38,105 bases of DNA, from contig JAYSEE010000001.1 in the NCBI GenBank assembly GCA_041914045.1, forward strand, positions 7,561 through 45,665. Reading direction: 5' to 3'. Shown here one piece after another: positions 20,150-29,031 of the stretch (positions within the stretch are counted from its first letter, which is position 1; every line of letters starts with the position of its first letter). Under the pieces are notes generated by a model, which made no database searches, had not been told where the DNA came from, and saw nothing but the letters and a program-made list of their open reading frames with translations. The translations under genes and the position numbers were made by a program. The DNA comes from Ferrovibrio sp. (GTDB taxonomy: Bacteria > Pseudomonadota > Alphaproteobacteria > Ferrovibrionales > Ferrovibrionaceae).

Positions 20150-20476
20150 CTAGACCTGCTCGGCCGGTAGCCGCACCACAATGCCGTCCAGTTCAGGCGT
20201 CATGCGTATCTGACAGCAGAGCCGGCTGTTTTCGTGGCGCTCTGGCACGCCCTCGAGCATGAAAATCTCGGTTTCGGATTGCGGCGGCAGCTGGCTTGCC
20301 CAACGCTCATCCACATAGCCATGGCAGGTGGCGCAGCTGCAGGAGCCGCCGCAATCGCCAAGGATGCCGGGCACGCCGTTGTCGAGCGCGACTTGCATCA
20401 AACTTTTGTTCAGCGGCGCATCCACCTCGAAGGCGGCGCCCGCATGGTCGATGAAAACAGCTTTGGGCATCGGCAT
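20150..20476 (-). CDS. 2Fe-2S ferredoxin, putidaredoxin/adrenodoxin type
   Basis: CGGSCSCATCH and SRLCCQI. The start could be 20470. Confidence 0.93.
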   Translation of the reverse strand: MPMPKAVFIDHAGAAFEVDAPLNKSLMQVALDNGVPGILGDCGGSCSCATCHGYVDERWASQLPPQSETEIFMLEGVPERHENSRLCCQIRMTPELDGIVVRLPAEQV

Positions 20477-20531
20477 CTCATTTAGGCAAAGGGGCGGATG
20501 ACGGTGTAGACGCAGTCCGTTCCGGACGGTG

Positions 20532-20561
20532 TTGACATAGTCCGTCCCGTCGGTCTATTAT
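20532..20561 (+). promoter_or_regulatory. sigma70 promoter of the Rieske operon with a TetR operator in its spacer
   Basis: TTGACA (20532-37), 18-bp spacer, TATTAT (20556-61); dyad ATAG-TCCGTC-CC-GTCGGT-CTAT at 20537-20558. Confidence 0.78.
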
Positions 20562-20603
20562 TTCAGCAATGACAAATTCAGGCAACCCTCGGGGAGGTTC
20601 GAT

Positions 20604-21887
20604 TTGAACGGGTGCGTTTCGACTCCGGCTCCGCCCTCCGGTGAGCGGCCGGATTGGCAATGGCTGATCCGCGACGAGCGGGTGCATGGCTCGCTCTACA
20701 CCAATCCCGCCATCTACCAGGAGGAATTGCGGAAAATCTGGTACCGCGGCTGGGTCTATGTGGGCCACGAGAGCGAAGTGCCCAATGCCAACGATTATGC
20801 GATGAAATCCATCGGCCCCGAGCCGGTGATCATGACGCGCGACAAGGCGGGGCGCATCCATCTGCTGCATAATCGGTGCCCGCATCGCGGCAATCGCATC
20901 TGCATGACCGAACAGGGCAATGCGCGCTCCTTCACTTGCCCCTATCATGGCTGGACCTTCGCCAATGACGGCGCGCTCAAGGGCTATCCATTTCCATCCG
21001 GCTACGAGGGCGTCGATCGCTCCGGCCTTGGGCTCGGCCGCGTGCCGCGCATGGAAAGCTATCGGGGTTTCGTATTCGGTTCGCTGGCGGCGGAGGGGCC
21101 GTCGCTCGCCGAGCATCTGGGCGCGGCGCGGCGCAGCATCGACGCCTTGTGCGAGACTTCGCCGGAAGGCGAGGTCGAGATCACCGCCGGCTTTTTGAAG
21201 CACAAGGTCAAGGCCAACTGGAAATTCCTGGTGGAGAACGAGACCGACGGCTATCACCCATCCTTCGTTCATGCCTCGATCTTTGAGGTGGCTCAGAGCG
21301 GCATCGGCTCGCTTTACAGCGCGGAATCCACCGCCGTGTCGCGGGACTACGGCAATGGCCACACCGAGAACGACTTGCGGCCGGAATTCCGCAAGCGCGA
21401 CATCCCGCTTTCCTGGTTCGGCACCACGGCCGACAAGCTGCCGGATTACGTCGCCGGGATGCATGCCGCTTATGGCGAGGAGAAGGCGCGCCGCATCATG
21501 ATCGACGGTACGCCGCATATCATGATCTTCCCGAACCTGTTCATCGCCGAAATTCAGATATTCGTGATCCAGCCGCTTTCGGTGAACGAAACCGTGCAGC
21601 ACGTTACCGCCCTGCAATTCAAGGGCGCGCCGGATCTCAACCGCCGTTTGCGGCAGCAGACGATGGGCTCGGTAGGTCCGGCCGGTTTCCTGCTGGCCGA
21701 CGATGCCGAGATGTACGAGCGCACGCAGATGGGCGTGCAAATGCATAGCCCGGAATGGCTTTATCTCGGCCGGGGCAAGCATCGCGAACGCCGCGACGCG
21801 GACGGCCTTCTGATCGGCGACAACACCGACGAAGTGCCGACGCGGGGCATCTGGCGCCATTACCGATCGCTGATGGAGACCGCGTGA
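20604..21887 (+). CDS. Rieske non-heme iron ring-hydroxylating oxygenase, alpha subunit
   Basis: Rieske ligands CPH...CPYH and mononuclear Fe site ENETDGYHPSFVH...DD; TTG start with GGAGG RBS. Confidence 0.95.
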   Translation: MNGCVSTPAPPSGERPDWQWLIRDERVHGSLYTNPAIYQEELRKIWYRGWVYVGHESEVPNANDYAMKSIGPEPVIMTRDKAGRIHLLHNRCPHRGNRICMTEQGNARSFTCPYHGWTFANDGALKGYPFPSGYEGVDRSGLGLGRVPRMESYRGFVFGSLAAEGPSLAEHLGAARRSIDALCETSPEGEVEITAGFLKHKVKANWKFLVENETDGYHPSFVHASIFEVAQSGIGSLYSAESTAVSRDYGNGHTENDLRPEFRKRDIPLSWFGTTADKLPDYVAGMHAAYGEEKARRIMIDGTPHIMIFPNLFIAEIQIFVIQPLSVNETVQHVTALQFKGAPDLNRRLRQQTMGSVGPAGFLLADDAEMYERTQMGVQMHSPEWLYLGRGKHRERRDADGLLIGDNTDEVPTRGIWRHYRSLMETA

Positions 21888-22378
21888 TGGCAATGGCGGC
21901 TGAGCAGCGCGCCACGCTCGATGAGGTGACGCAATTCATCTATCGCGAGGCGCGTCTGCAGGATGAACACCAGTACGATGCCTGGGAAAGCCTGTGGACC
22001 GATGACGGCGTTTACTGGATTCCCGCCAATGGCGACGACATCGACCCTGAGCAGAAGATGTCGATCATCTACGACAACCGATCTCGCATCGCGTTGCGCG
22101 TTCGCCAATACCATACCGGCAAGCGGTTCAGCCAAACGCCGCAATCGCGCCTGCGGCGCCTGGTTTCCAATGCCGAGGTGCTTTCGGATGACGGCTGCGA
22201 AATCATTGCCGCCGCCAACGCCATGATCTTCGAATCGCATACGCGCGGCGACACGATATGGGCCGCGCGCAACGAGTACATCTTGCGGCGCGTCGATGGC
22301 GACCTGCGCATGGCGCGCAAGAAGGTGATGCTGGTGAACAACCATACGGCCCTCTATTCGATGGCCTTCCTGATCTGA
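21887..22378 (+). CDS. Ring-hydroxylating oxygenase, beta subunit
   Basis: FIYREARLQD, YWIP, SIIYD and SQTPQSR; TGATG coupling to the alpha subunit. Confidence 0.93.
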   Translation: MAMAAEQRATLDEVTQFIYREARLQDEHQYDAWESLWTDDGVYWIPANGDDIDPEQKMSIIYDNRSRIALRVRQYHTGKRFSQTPQSRLRRLVSNAEVLSDDGCEIIAAANAMIFESHTRGDTIWAARNEYILRRVDGDLRMARKKVMLVNNHTALYSMAFLI

Positions 22379-23214
22379 TGGAGACGCCTGTGCCGCAGAA
22401 CGATTCTCCGCTCATGCTGGTCGGCGAAGGCCCTGCCCTGCTCGAGCTGCATCCGGACGGGGTGGCGCATATCCGCCTCAACCGGCCAGATGCCGCCAAC
22501 GGATTGAATATCGAACTGCTCAAGGCGCTGCATGAGGTTATCATGCTTGTGCATGGCGATGGCCGGGTGCGTGCCGTGCTCATTACCGGCGAGGGCAAGA
22601 ATTTCTGCGCCGGCGGCGATGTGCATACCTTCCTCTCCAAGGGCGAGGAACTGCCGCATTACATCCGAGTGGCCACCGCATACCTGCAACTAGTGGCGGC
22701 GGGCATGATCCGCCTCAACCCGCCGGTGATCGCCGCCGTGCACGGCTATGCCGCCGGCGGCGGCGGCATGGGTCTGGTCTGCTCCGCCGATTTCGTCGTC
22801 GCCGCCAAATCGGCGCGCTTCCTCGCTGGCGCCACGCGGGTCGGCATGGTGCCGGATGCGGGCGTCTCCGTCACGCTGACGCAACTGGTCGGCATGCGCC
22901 GGGCGATGGAAATTCTGATGCTCAATCCGGTGATCGAGGCGGAGGAAGCCCTGCGCATCGGGCTGATCACGCGCGTGGTGCCGGACGAAACGCTCGTTGC
23001 CGAAGGCTTCGCCCTGGCGCGCCAACTCGCGGCCGGCGCGCGGGCGGCGCTGGCGAACACCAAGCGGCTGTTGTGGAACGGCATCGGCCAGGGCGTGGAA
23101 GCCGCGATGCCGGAGGAGAATCAGACTCAGGCTACATTGTCCGGCATGGCGGATGCGCGCGAAGGCCTGACGGCGGTGATAGAGAAGCGCGCGCCGCGCT
23201 TCACGGGGCGCTGA
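22378..23214 (+). CDS. Enoyl-CoA hydratase/isomerase family protein (PaaG-type, Asp-containing)
   Basis: LNRPDAAN, FCAGGD, AAGGGGMGL and GMVPDAG. Both hydratase Glu positions appear substituted. Confidence 0.9.
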   Translation: METPVPQNDSPLMLVGEGPALLELHPDGVAHIRLNRPDAANGLNIELLKALHEVIMLVHGDGRVRAVLITGEGKNFCAGGDVHTFLSKGEELPHYIRVATAYLQLVAAGMIRLNPPVIAAVHGYAAGGGGMGLVCSADFVVAAKSARFLAGATRVGMVPDAGVSVTLTQLVGMRRAMEILMLNPVIEAEEALRIGLITRVVPDETLVAEGFALARQLAAGARAALANTKRLLWNGIGQGVEAAMPEENQTQATLSGMADAREGLTAVIEKRAPRFTGR

Positions 23215-23966
23215 TGGCTGAGGCCCTGCCGCAGCAAAGCCTTGCCGGCCGCCGGGCCCTGGTTGCCGGCGGCGGCAGCGGCATCGGTGCCGCCATTGCG
23301 CGCCGCTTTGCCGCCGAAGGCGCCGAAGTGGTGATCGCGGATCTGCAGGGCGATGCCGCCGCGCGCTTGGCGGCCGATCTCGGCGCGGTCGGCGTGGCGT
23401 TGGATGTCGCCGATTTCGAGCGCGTCGGCTCGGCGGTGGAGCGGCATGGCCCCTTTGCCATTCTGGTCAATTGCGCCGGCGTGGACCAGCATGGCTTTTT
23501 CACCAAGTCGAGGCCGGAGGAATGGCGCCGGCTGCTGGCGGTGAATCTCGAATCGGTATTCAACACCACCCATGCCGTGCTGCCCGCCATGCAGGCGGCG
23601 GGTTACGGGCGTATCATCAATGTCGCTTCCGAGGCGGGCCGCCTCGGCTCGCGCGGCGGTTCGGTTTATGCCGCCGCCAAGGGCGGCGTGATCGCCTTCA
23701 CGCGCTCCATCGCGCGGGAAAACGGCCGGAAGGGCATCACCGCCAATGTGGTGGCGCCCGGTCCGGTCGATACGCCGCTGCTGCGCAAGGCATTGGAGCT
23801 GGGCGGCGAAAAGCTGCTGGAGGCGATGACCGGAGCGACCCTGGCGGGCCGGCTTGGCGCGCCGGAAGAAGTGGCGGCGGCCGTAGCCTTTCTTGCCTCG
23901 GCGGAAGCGGGTTTCGTCACCGGCGAGGTGCTTGGCGTGTCGGGCGGCATGGGGTGCGGGGCATGA
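23214..23966 (+). CDS. Short-chain dehydrogenase, BadH (2-hydroxycyclohexanecarboxyl-CoA dehydrogenase)-like
   Basis: GGGSGIG, NCAG, ASEAGRLGS, YAAAK, PGPVDT and VSGG; FTKSRPEEW..L..VNL resembles BadH. Confidence 0.88.
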   Translation: MAEALPQQSLAGRRALVAGGGSGIGAAIARRFAAEGAEVVIADLQGDAAARLAADLGAVGVALDVADFERVGSAVERHGPFAILVNCAGVDQHGFFTKSRPEEWRRLLAVNLESVFNTTHAVLPAMQAAGYGRIINVASEAGRLGSRGGSVYAAAKGGVIAFTRSIARENGRKGITANVVAPGPVDTPLLRKALELGGEKLLEAMTGATLAGRLGAPEEVAAAVAFLASAEAGFVTGEVLGVSGGMGCGA

Positions 23967-24895
23967 GCGAGCCGCAACCGGGCGTCGAAGGCGTGATCGA
24001 GCGCGTGAAGGCGGTCTATGGCCGTTGGCGGCGCGATACGCCGGTGGCGCGGATGCGCGCCGATTGGGATGCGCTGTTCAGCGCCACGGGCGATGCCGCG
24101 GCGGAAGCGGCGGAGGCCGGCGGCGTACCGTGCCAGTGGATCGCGGCGCCAGGGGCGCGCGCCGACCGCGTCATTCTCTATTTCCATGGCGGCGGCTTCC
24201 AGGTCGGCTCGCTCGCTTCGCACCGGGAATTGATGGCCTGCCTGTCGGCGGCGGCCGGCGCCCGCGTGCTTGGCGTCGGCTACCGGCTTGCGCCGGAGCA
24301 TCGCTATCCGGCGGCGCATGAGGATGCCCGCATCGCGCTTGGCTGGCTGCTGGCGCAGGGTTTCCAGCCGGAACAGATTGCGCTGGCGGGCGATTCCGCG
24401 GGCGGCGGGCTGGCCTTGTCCCTGCTGCTCTGGCTCCAGATGCAAGGGCGCGCCATGCCCTGCGCCGCGCTCGGCTTCTCGGTATGGACGGATCTCACCG
24501 CTTCCGGCTCGGCGTATGAGACGCGGGCCGCGCTCGATCCCATCCACCAACGTCCGATGATCCGCGCGATGGCGGCAAATTATCTGGGCGGCAAAGGCGA
24601 TCCGGCCGATCCGCTGATATCGCCGCTTTTCGCGGAAGCGGCGCAGCTTGCCGCATTGCCGCCAATGCTGCTTCAGGTGGGAGAGCGCGAAACCGTGGTG
24701 AGCGATTCCGAGGATTTCGCGGCCAGGGCTCGCGCCGCCGGGGCGGCGGCCGAACTTCAGATTTGGCCAGGCATGATCCATGTCTTTCAGCAATTTCCCG
24801 CCGATCTGCCCGAGGCGCGCCGCGCCATCGCGGCGGCCGGCCAATTCCTCGCGGCGCAATTCGACGCCGCCTCCCAGAGAAAGCGTCCCGCATGA
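23963..24895 (+). CDS. Hormone-sensitive-lipase family alpha/beta hydrolase (esterase)
   Basis: Oxyanion HGGG, YRLAPEH, GDSAGG and catalytic His in GMIHVF; ATGA overlaps at both ends. Confidence 0.92.
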   Translation: MSEPQPGVEGVIERVKAVYGRWRRDTPVARMRADWDALFSATGDAAAEAAEAGGVPCQWIAAPGARADRVILYFHGGGFQVGSLASHRELMACLSAAAGARVLGVGYRLAPEHRYPAAHEDARIALGWLLAQGFQPEQIALAGDSAGGGLALSLLLWLQMQGRAMPCAALGFSVWTDLTASGSAYETRAALDPIHQRPMIRAMAANYLGGKGDPADPLISPLFAEAAQLAALPPMLLQVGERETVVSDSEDFAARARAAGAAAELQIWPGMIHVFQQFPADLPEARRAIAAAGQFLAAQFDAASQRKRPA

Positions 24896-26352
24896 TCGGC
24901 ATCACCGGCTATGGCGGCTATGTGCCGCGTCTCCGCTTCCTGCGCCAAGCCGCGGCGCAGGCAAACGCCTGGTACGCGCCGCAATTCGTCGGCCGCAAGG
25001 GCAGCCGTTCGCTGGCCAACTGGGACGAGGACAGCATCACCATGGCCGTGGCCGCGGCGCGCGACTGCCTGGGACCGACGGAAGCTCGCAGCCATGTCCG
25101 CAGCGTCTTTCTCGCGTCCGACACGTTGCCCTTTGCCGAGCGCCTGAATGCCGGCGTGGTGGCCGGCGCGCTGACGCTCGCCGACGACGCGGATGCGATG
25201 GATATGGGCGGATCGCAGCGGGCGGCGCTTTCGGCGGTGGTGCAGGCCGTGGCGCGGGCGCGGTCCGGCGAGGGCGATGTGCTGGTGCTGGCGGCGGATG
25301 CCCGCAAGACCCGCGCCGGCAGCCAGCAGGAGCTCGATTACGGCGATGCGGCAGCCGCCCTGCTGATCGGCCGCGACAAGGTGATCGCCGAATTCCTCGG
25401 CAGCGGAGCCTTGTCGGTGGATTTCGTCGATCATTTCCGCGCCGCCGGCGAGGATGTCGATTACCACTGGGAGGAACGCTGGGTCCGCGACGAAGGCATC
25501 GGCAAGCTGGTGCCCCGGGCCATTCAGGCTGCGCTGAAGCAGGCTGGCATGGATGCCGGCGCGGTGGATCATTTCATCTTCCCTTCCAGTTTTGCCAAGA
25601 TGGATGCCCAACTTGCCAAGACCTGCGGCATCCGCGCCGAGGCTGTGGCCGATGCTCTGTTCGACCGGATCGGCGATAGCGGTCTGCCGCACGGCCTGTT
25701 GATGCTGGCCCATATTCTCGAACGCGCCCGACCGGGCCAGGTGATTCTGGCCGCGCAGTTCGGCAGCGGCGCGCAGGCGCTGGTTTTCCGCGTCACGGAT
25801 GCGATCGACGCTTTCCGGCCGGCGCGCGGCGTGAGCCAGTGGCTGGCTCGCGGCGTGGAAGAGCATAACTATACCAAATTCCTTGCCTTCAAAGGGCAGT
25901 TGCAGCTCGAACGCGGCATGCGCGGCGAGCAGGATCGCAAGACCGCGTTGTCGACGGCTTGGCGCCATCGCACGGCATTGCTTGGCCTGGTGGCCGGCCG
26001 TTGCGAAGTGACCGGCAGCGTGCATTTTCCGCCCTCGCGGGTATCCTACGATCCGCAAAAACCGCTGCAAGATACGCAGCAGCCATACAAATTGGCGGAT
26101 CGCGCCGCGCATATCCTTTCCTGGTCGGCCGAGTATCTCTCCTATCATCCGGCACCGCCGCATCATTATGGCCAGATTGATTTCGAGGGCGGCGGGCGAA
26201 TCCTGATGGATTTCACCGATCTCGATGTCGGCGAGATCGATTCCGGCAGCAAGATGGAAATGGTTTTCCGCATCAAGGATATCGACGACCGCCGCCACTT
26301 CATCCGCTATTTCTGGAAGGCGACGCCGGTGCGCGCCGCTTCCGCCAGCTAG
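24892..26352 (+). CDS. HMG-CoA-synthase/KAS III-like domain fused to a C-terminal DUF35 OB-fold domain (probably non-catalytic thiolase partner)
   Basis: N-terminal GITGYGGYVPR, DEDSITMAVAAA, GDAAAALL and FGSGA. C-terminal RCEVTG..FPP...VFR...YFWKATP OB-fold. No catalytic Cys at the expected position (GGSQRA). Confidence 0.82.
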   Translation: MIGITGYGGYVPRLRFLRQAAAQANAWYAPQFVGRKGSRSLANWDEDSITMAVAAARDCLGPTEARSHVRSVFLASDTLPFAERLNAGVVAGALTLADDADAMDMGGSQRAALSAVVQAVARARSGEGDVLVLAADARKTRAGSQQELDYGDAAAALLIGRDKVIAEFLGSGALSVDFVDHFRAAGEDVDYHWEERWVRDEGIGKLVPRAIQAALKQAGMDAGAVDHFIFPSSFAKMDAQLAKTCGIRAEAVADALFDRIGDSGLPHGLLMLAHILERARPGQVILAAQFGSGAQALVFRVTDAIDAFRPARGVSQWLARGVEEHNYTKFLAFKGQLQLERGMRGEQDRKTALSTAWRHRTALLGLVAGRCEVTGSVHFPPSRVSYDPQKPLQDTQQPYKLADRAAHILSWSAEYLSYHPAPPHHYGQIDFEGGGRILMDFTDLDVGEIDSGSKMEMVFRIKDIDDRRHFIRYFWKATPVRAASAS

Positions 26353-26362
26353 GGAGGCCCGC

Positions 26363-27559
26363 ATGGCCACAGGCATCAAGGACAAGGTCGCCATACTCGG
26401 CATGGGATGCAGCAAGTTCGGCGAACGCTGGGACGCCAGCCCCGAGGATCTCATGGTGGAGGCCTACAACGAGGCGATGGCCGATGCCGGCATTTCGCCC
26501 GATCAGCTCGGCGCCGCCTGGTATTCCACCCATATGGACGATGTCGGCACCGGACGCGGCGGTACGCCGATGAGCATCGCGCTGCGTCTGCCCAATATAG
26601 GCGTAACGCGGGTGGAGAATTTCTGCGCCGGCGGTTCCGAGGCGGTGCGTTCCGCAGTTTATGCCGTGGCGGCAGGCGCTTGCGACATTGCGCTGGCGCT
26701 TGGGGTCGAGAAGCTGAAGGATACCGGCTATGGCGGCCTGCCGGTGGCTCAGGTCGGCACTTATATTCCGCAATGGTATCCGAACGCGGTGGCGCCGGCC
26801 AATTTCGCGCAGCTCGCCAGCGCCTACCGCGCCCGGCACGGCATCGACGCCGCCTTGCTCAAGCGCGCCATCTCGCATGTTTCGGTGAAAAGCCATGCCA
26901 ACGGCGCGAAGAACCCGAAGGCGCATTTGCAGAAGCCGATCACCGAAGAGCAATGCCTGAAGGCGCCGATCATCGCCGCGCCGCTTGGCTTGTTCGATTG
27001 TTGCGGCGTCTCGGACGGCGCGGCGGCAGTGATCGTGACGACGCCGGAAATCGCCCATGCCCTGGGCAAGAAGGATCTGGTCACCTTCAAGGCGCTGCAG
27101 CTTGCCGTGTCGAACGGCTGGGAAATGCAATCGGCCGGATGGGACGGCAGCTACGTGCATACTGCCCGCATCGCAGCCCGAAAGGCTTATGCCGAGGCCG
27201 GCATTACCGATCCGCGCCGGCAACTCAGTCTGACCGAGGTGCATGACTGCTTCTCGATCACCGAGCTGGTGACGATGGAGGATTTGGGATTGTCCGAAGC
27301 CGGCGGCGCCGTGCGCGACGTGCTGGATGGCGTGTTCGATGCCGAAGGCAAGGTGCCCTGCCAGATTGATGGCGGCCTGAAATGCTTCGGCCATCCGGTC
27401 GGCGCCAGCGGCATCCGGATGCTGTACGAGATTTATTTGCAATTGCTGGGCCGCGCCGGCGCGCGCCAGCTTCGCAATCCGGCGACCGGCCTGATCCACA
27501 ATCTCGGCGGCCAGCCGTCGCAGAATGTGTGCTCGATCTCCATTGTCGGGCTGCAGTGA
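26363..27559 (+). CDS. SCP2-type thiolase (acetyl-CoA acyltransferase)
   Basis: VENFCAGG (catalytic Cys), VSDGAAA, EVHDCF, GHPVGASG and HNLGG; AGGGAGG RBS. Confidence 0.92.
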   Translation: MATGIKDKVAILGMGCSKFGERWDASPEDLMVEAYNEAMADAGISPDQLGAAWYSTHMDDVGTGRGGTPMSIALRLPNIGVTRVENFCAGGSEAVRSAVYAVAAGACDIALALGVEKLKDTGYGGLPVAQVGTYIPQWYPNAVAPANFAQLASAYRARHGIDAALLKRAISHVSVKSHANGAKNPKAHLQKPITEEQCLKAPIIAAPLGLFDCCGVSDGAAAVIVTTPEIAHALGKKDLVTFKALQLAVSNGWEMQSAGWDGSYVHTARIAARKAYAEAGITDPRRQLSLTEVHDCFSITELVTMEDLGLSEAGGAVRDVLDGVFDAEGKVPCQIDGGLKCFGHPVGASGIRMLYEIYLQLLGRAGARQLRNPATGLIHNLGGQPSQNVCSISIVGLQ

Positions 27560-27708
27560 GCCCTGCCGATGTTTGACGCGGCGGTTCTGCGGGGTCGTCC
27601 GGCGCCGCAGATGGCGCGGCCGCAGACCGACCGGCCCGGCAAGCGCGCGCCGGCGCGGTGCAGAATCACGCCATTGAGAATTACGGATTTTTCCAGGGGG
27701 AGTCAGCC

Positions 27709-29010
27709 ATGACCACAGCCACCATCCGTTACGATGCGGTCGTTATCGGCGCCGGTGCCGGCGGCCTGAGTGCCGCCGCGCGCCTGGTCGCAGCCGGCAA
27801 GAAGGTGCTCGTCGCCGAACGCCTCGGCCCCCACGGCCGCCGCGCCACCATCGAGGTCATCGACGGGCATATCGTCAATATCGGCGCCATCGCCATCGAG
27901 AAGGGCGGCGTGTTCGAGGAAACTTTCGAACTGCTCGGGGTGCCCCTCGATCTGCGCGAGCCGAATCCGGCGACGGTGTTCTATATCGACGGCAAGGTGA
28001 TCAATGTGGCCAAGGGCGGCTGGGGCATGCTGCTCGGCACTTTCACCAAGCAGGCGGCGAAGATCGGCGCGAAATTCGCCGATGCGCGCGCCGGCGCGCT
28101 GCCCGAGGCCAAGCTGACCACCCGGCAATGGCTGGAGCAATATACCAGCACTGAAACCGTGCATGCGATTTTCCGCAATCTCTGCGCGGCGATCTTCGCC
28201 GTCAACTCGGAGGAATTGCCGGCGCGCGCCTTTCTCACCTATTTCGCCATCAAGGGCGCGTTCAAGCGTTTCGGCTTCTGCCCGCGCGGCACGGTGGGAT
28301 TGTGGAACGATCTCGGCGCGGCGATTCGAGGGCATGGCGGGGAAATCTGGCTCGATGCGCCGGTATCGGCGCTTCATGCAGCGGACGGGCGGATCATCGC
28401 GCTGGACATCCAGCATGACGGCGCGCTCCGCCGGGTGGAGGCCGCTACGGTGATCAGCAATATCGGCCCGGCGGCGACCGCGGCGTTGCCGGGGGCGGCG
28501 GCGCTCGGCGAGGCTTATATCGCGCAGGCCGCATCCGCGCCGAAGCCGGCAGCGAATATCGTCATCAATTTCGCCACCCGCCAGCGCCTGCTCGATGTGC
28601 CGGGTTTGGTTACCTTCGGCCGCACTCGGCGGCTCTGCAACATGGGCGAACTGACCGCCACTTGTCCGGAACTGGCGCCGGAAGGCTGGTATCAATATGT
28701 CGCCTATGCCGTGCCGTGTCCGGCCATCGGCGATTTCGACGAGAAGAGCGAGATCGAAGCGGCGCTTGCCGACCTGCGCGAGACGTTCCCCGGCTTCAAG
28801 GAGGCCAAGATGCTTTCGGTGCGCGTCATGCGCGGCGATTGGCCGGCGCAGCGCTCTTGCGCCGGGTTCGATATGCCGCAGGACACGCCGCTGGCGAATC
28901 TCTGGCTGGCGGGCGATGCCGTGAAGGATTACGGCGATGGCGGCACGCAGGCCTGCGCCTATACGGGACGGGAAGCCGCCAAGAAGGCGCTCGCCTACCT
29001 GGCGGCCTAG
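27709..29010 (+). CDS. Phytoene-desaturase-like FAD-dependent oxidoreductase, function unknown
   Basis: VIGAGAGGL Rossmann motif and C-terminal TPLANLWLAGD; GGGGGAG RBS. Confidence 0.8.
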   Translation: MTTATIRYDAVVIGAGAGGLSAAARLVAAGKKVLVAERLGPHGRRATIEVIDGHIVNIGAIAIEKGGVFEETFELLGVPLDLREPNPATVFYIDGKVINVAKGGWGMLLGTFTKQAAKIGAKFADARAGALPEAKLTTRQWLEQYTSTETVHAIFRNLCAAIFAVNSEELPARAFLTYFAIKGAFKRFGFCPRGTVGLWNDLGAAIRGHGGEIWLDAPVSALHAADGRIIALDIQHDGALRRVEAATVISNIGPAATAALPGAAALGEAYIAQAASAPKPAANIVINFATRQRLLDVPGLVTFGRTRRLCNMGELTATCPELAPEGWYQYVAYAVPCPAIGDFDEKSEIEAALADLRETFPGFKEAKMLSVRVMRGDWPAQRSCAGFDMPQDTPLANLWLAGDAVKDYGDGGTQACAYTGREAAKKALAYLAA

Positions 29011-29031
29011 GCGGTTGGAACGCGCCGCGCT

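Noticed and set aside
20516-20530. Additional operator-like dyad TCCGTT-CCG-GACGGT next to the Rieske promoter
   Set aside because: Its spacer is 3 rather than 2 bp and it has several mismatches. It may be a weak auxiliary site for the ferredoxin promoter but cannot be supported.
24892-26352. True HMG-CoA synthase or mevalonate/polyketide beta-branching locus
   Set aside because: The catalytic Cys is absent, and there are no mevalonate, ACP or PKS genes.
27626-27639. Fifth TetR operator (ACCGACCGGCCCGG) before the CrtI-like gene
   Set aside because: Only the left half-site matches, and the flanks are GC-rich with no promoter elements.
27709-29010. Carotenoid biosynthesis (crtI)
   Set aside because: No crtB, crtE or crtY nearby; the similarity is at fold level only.
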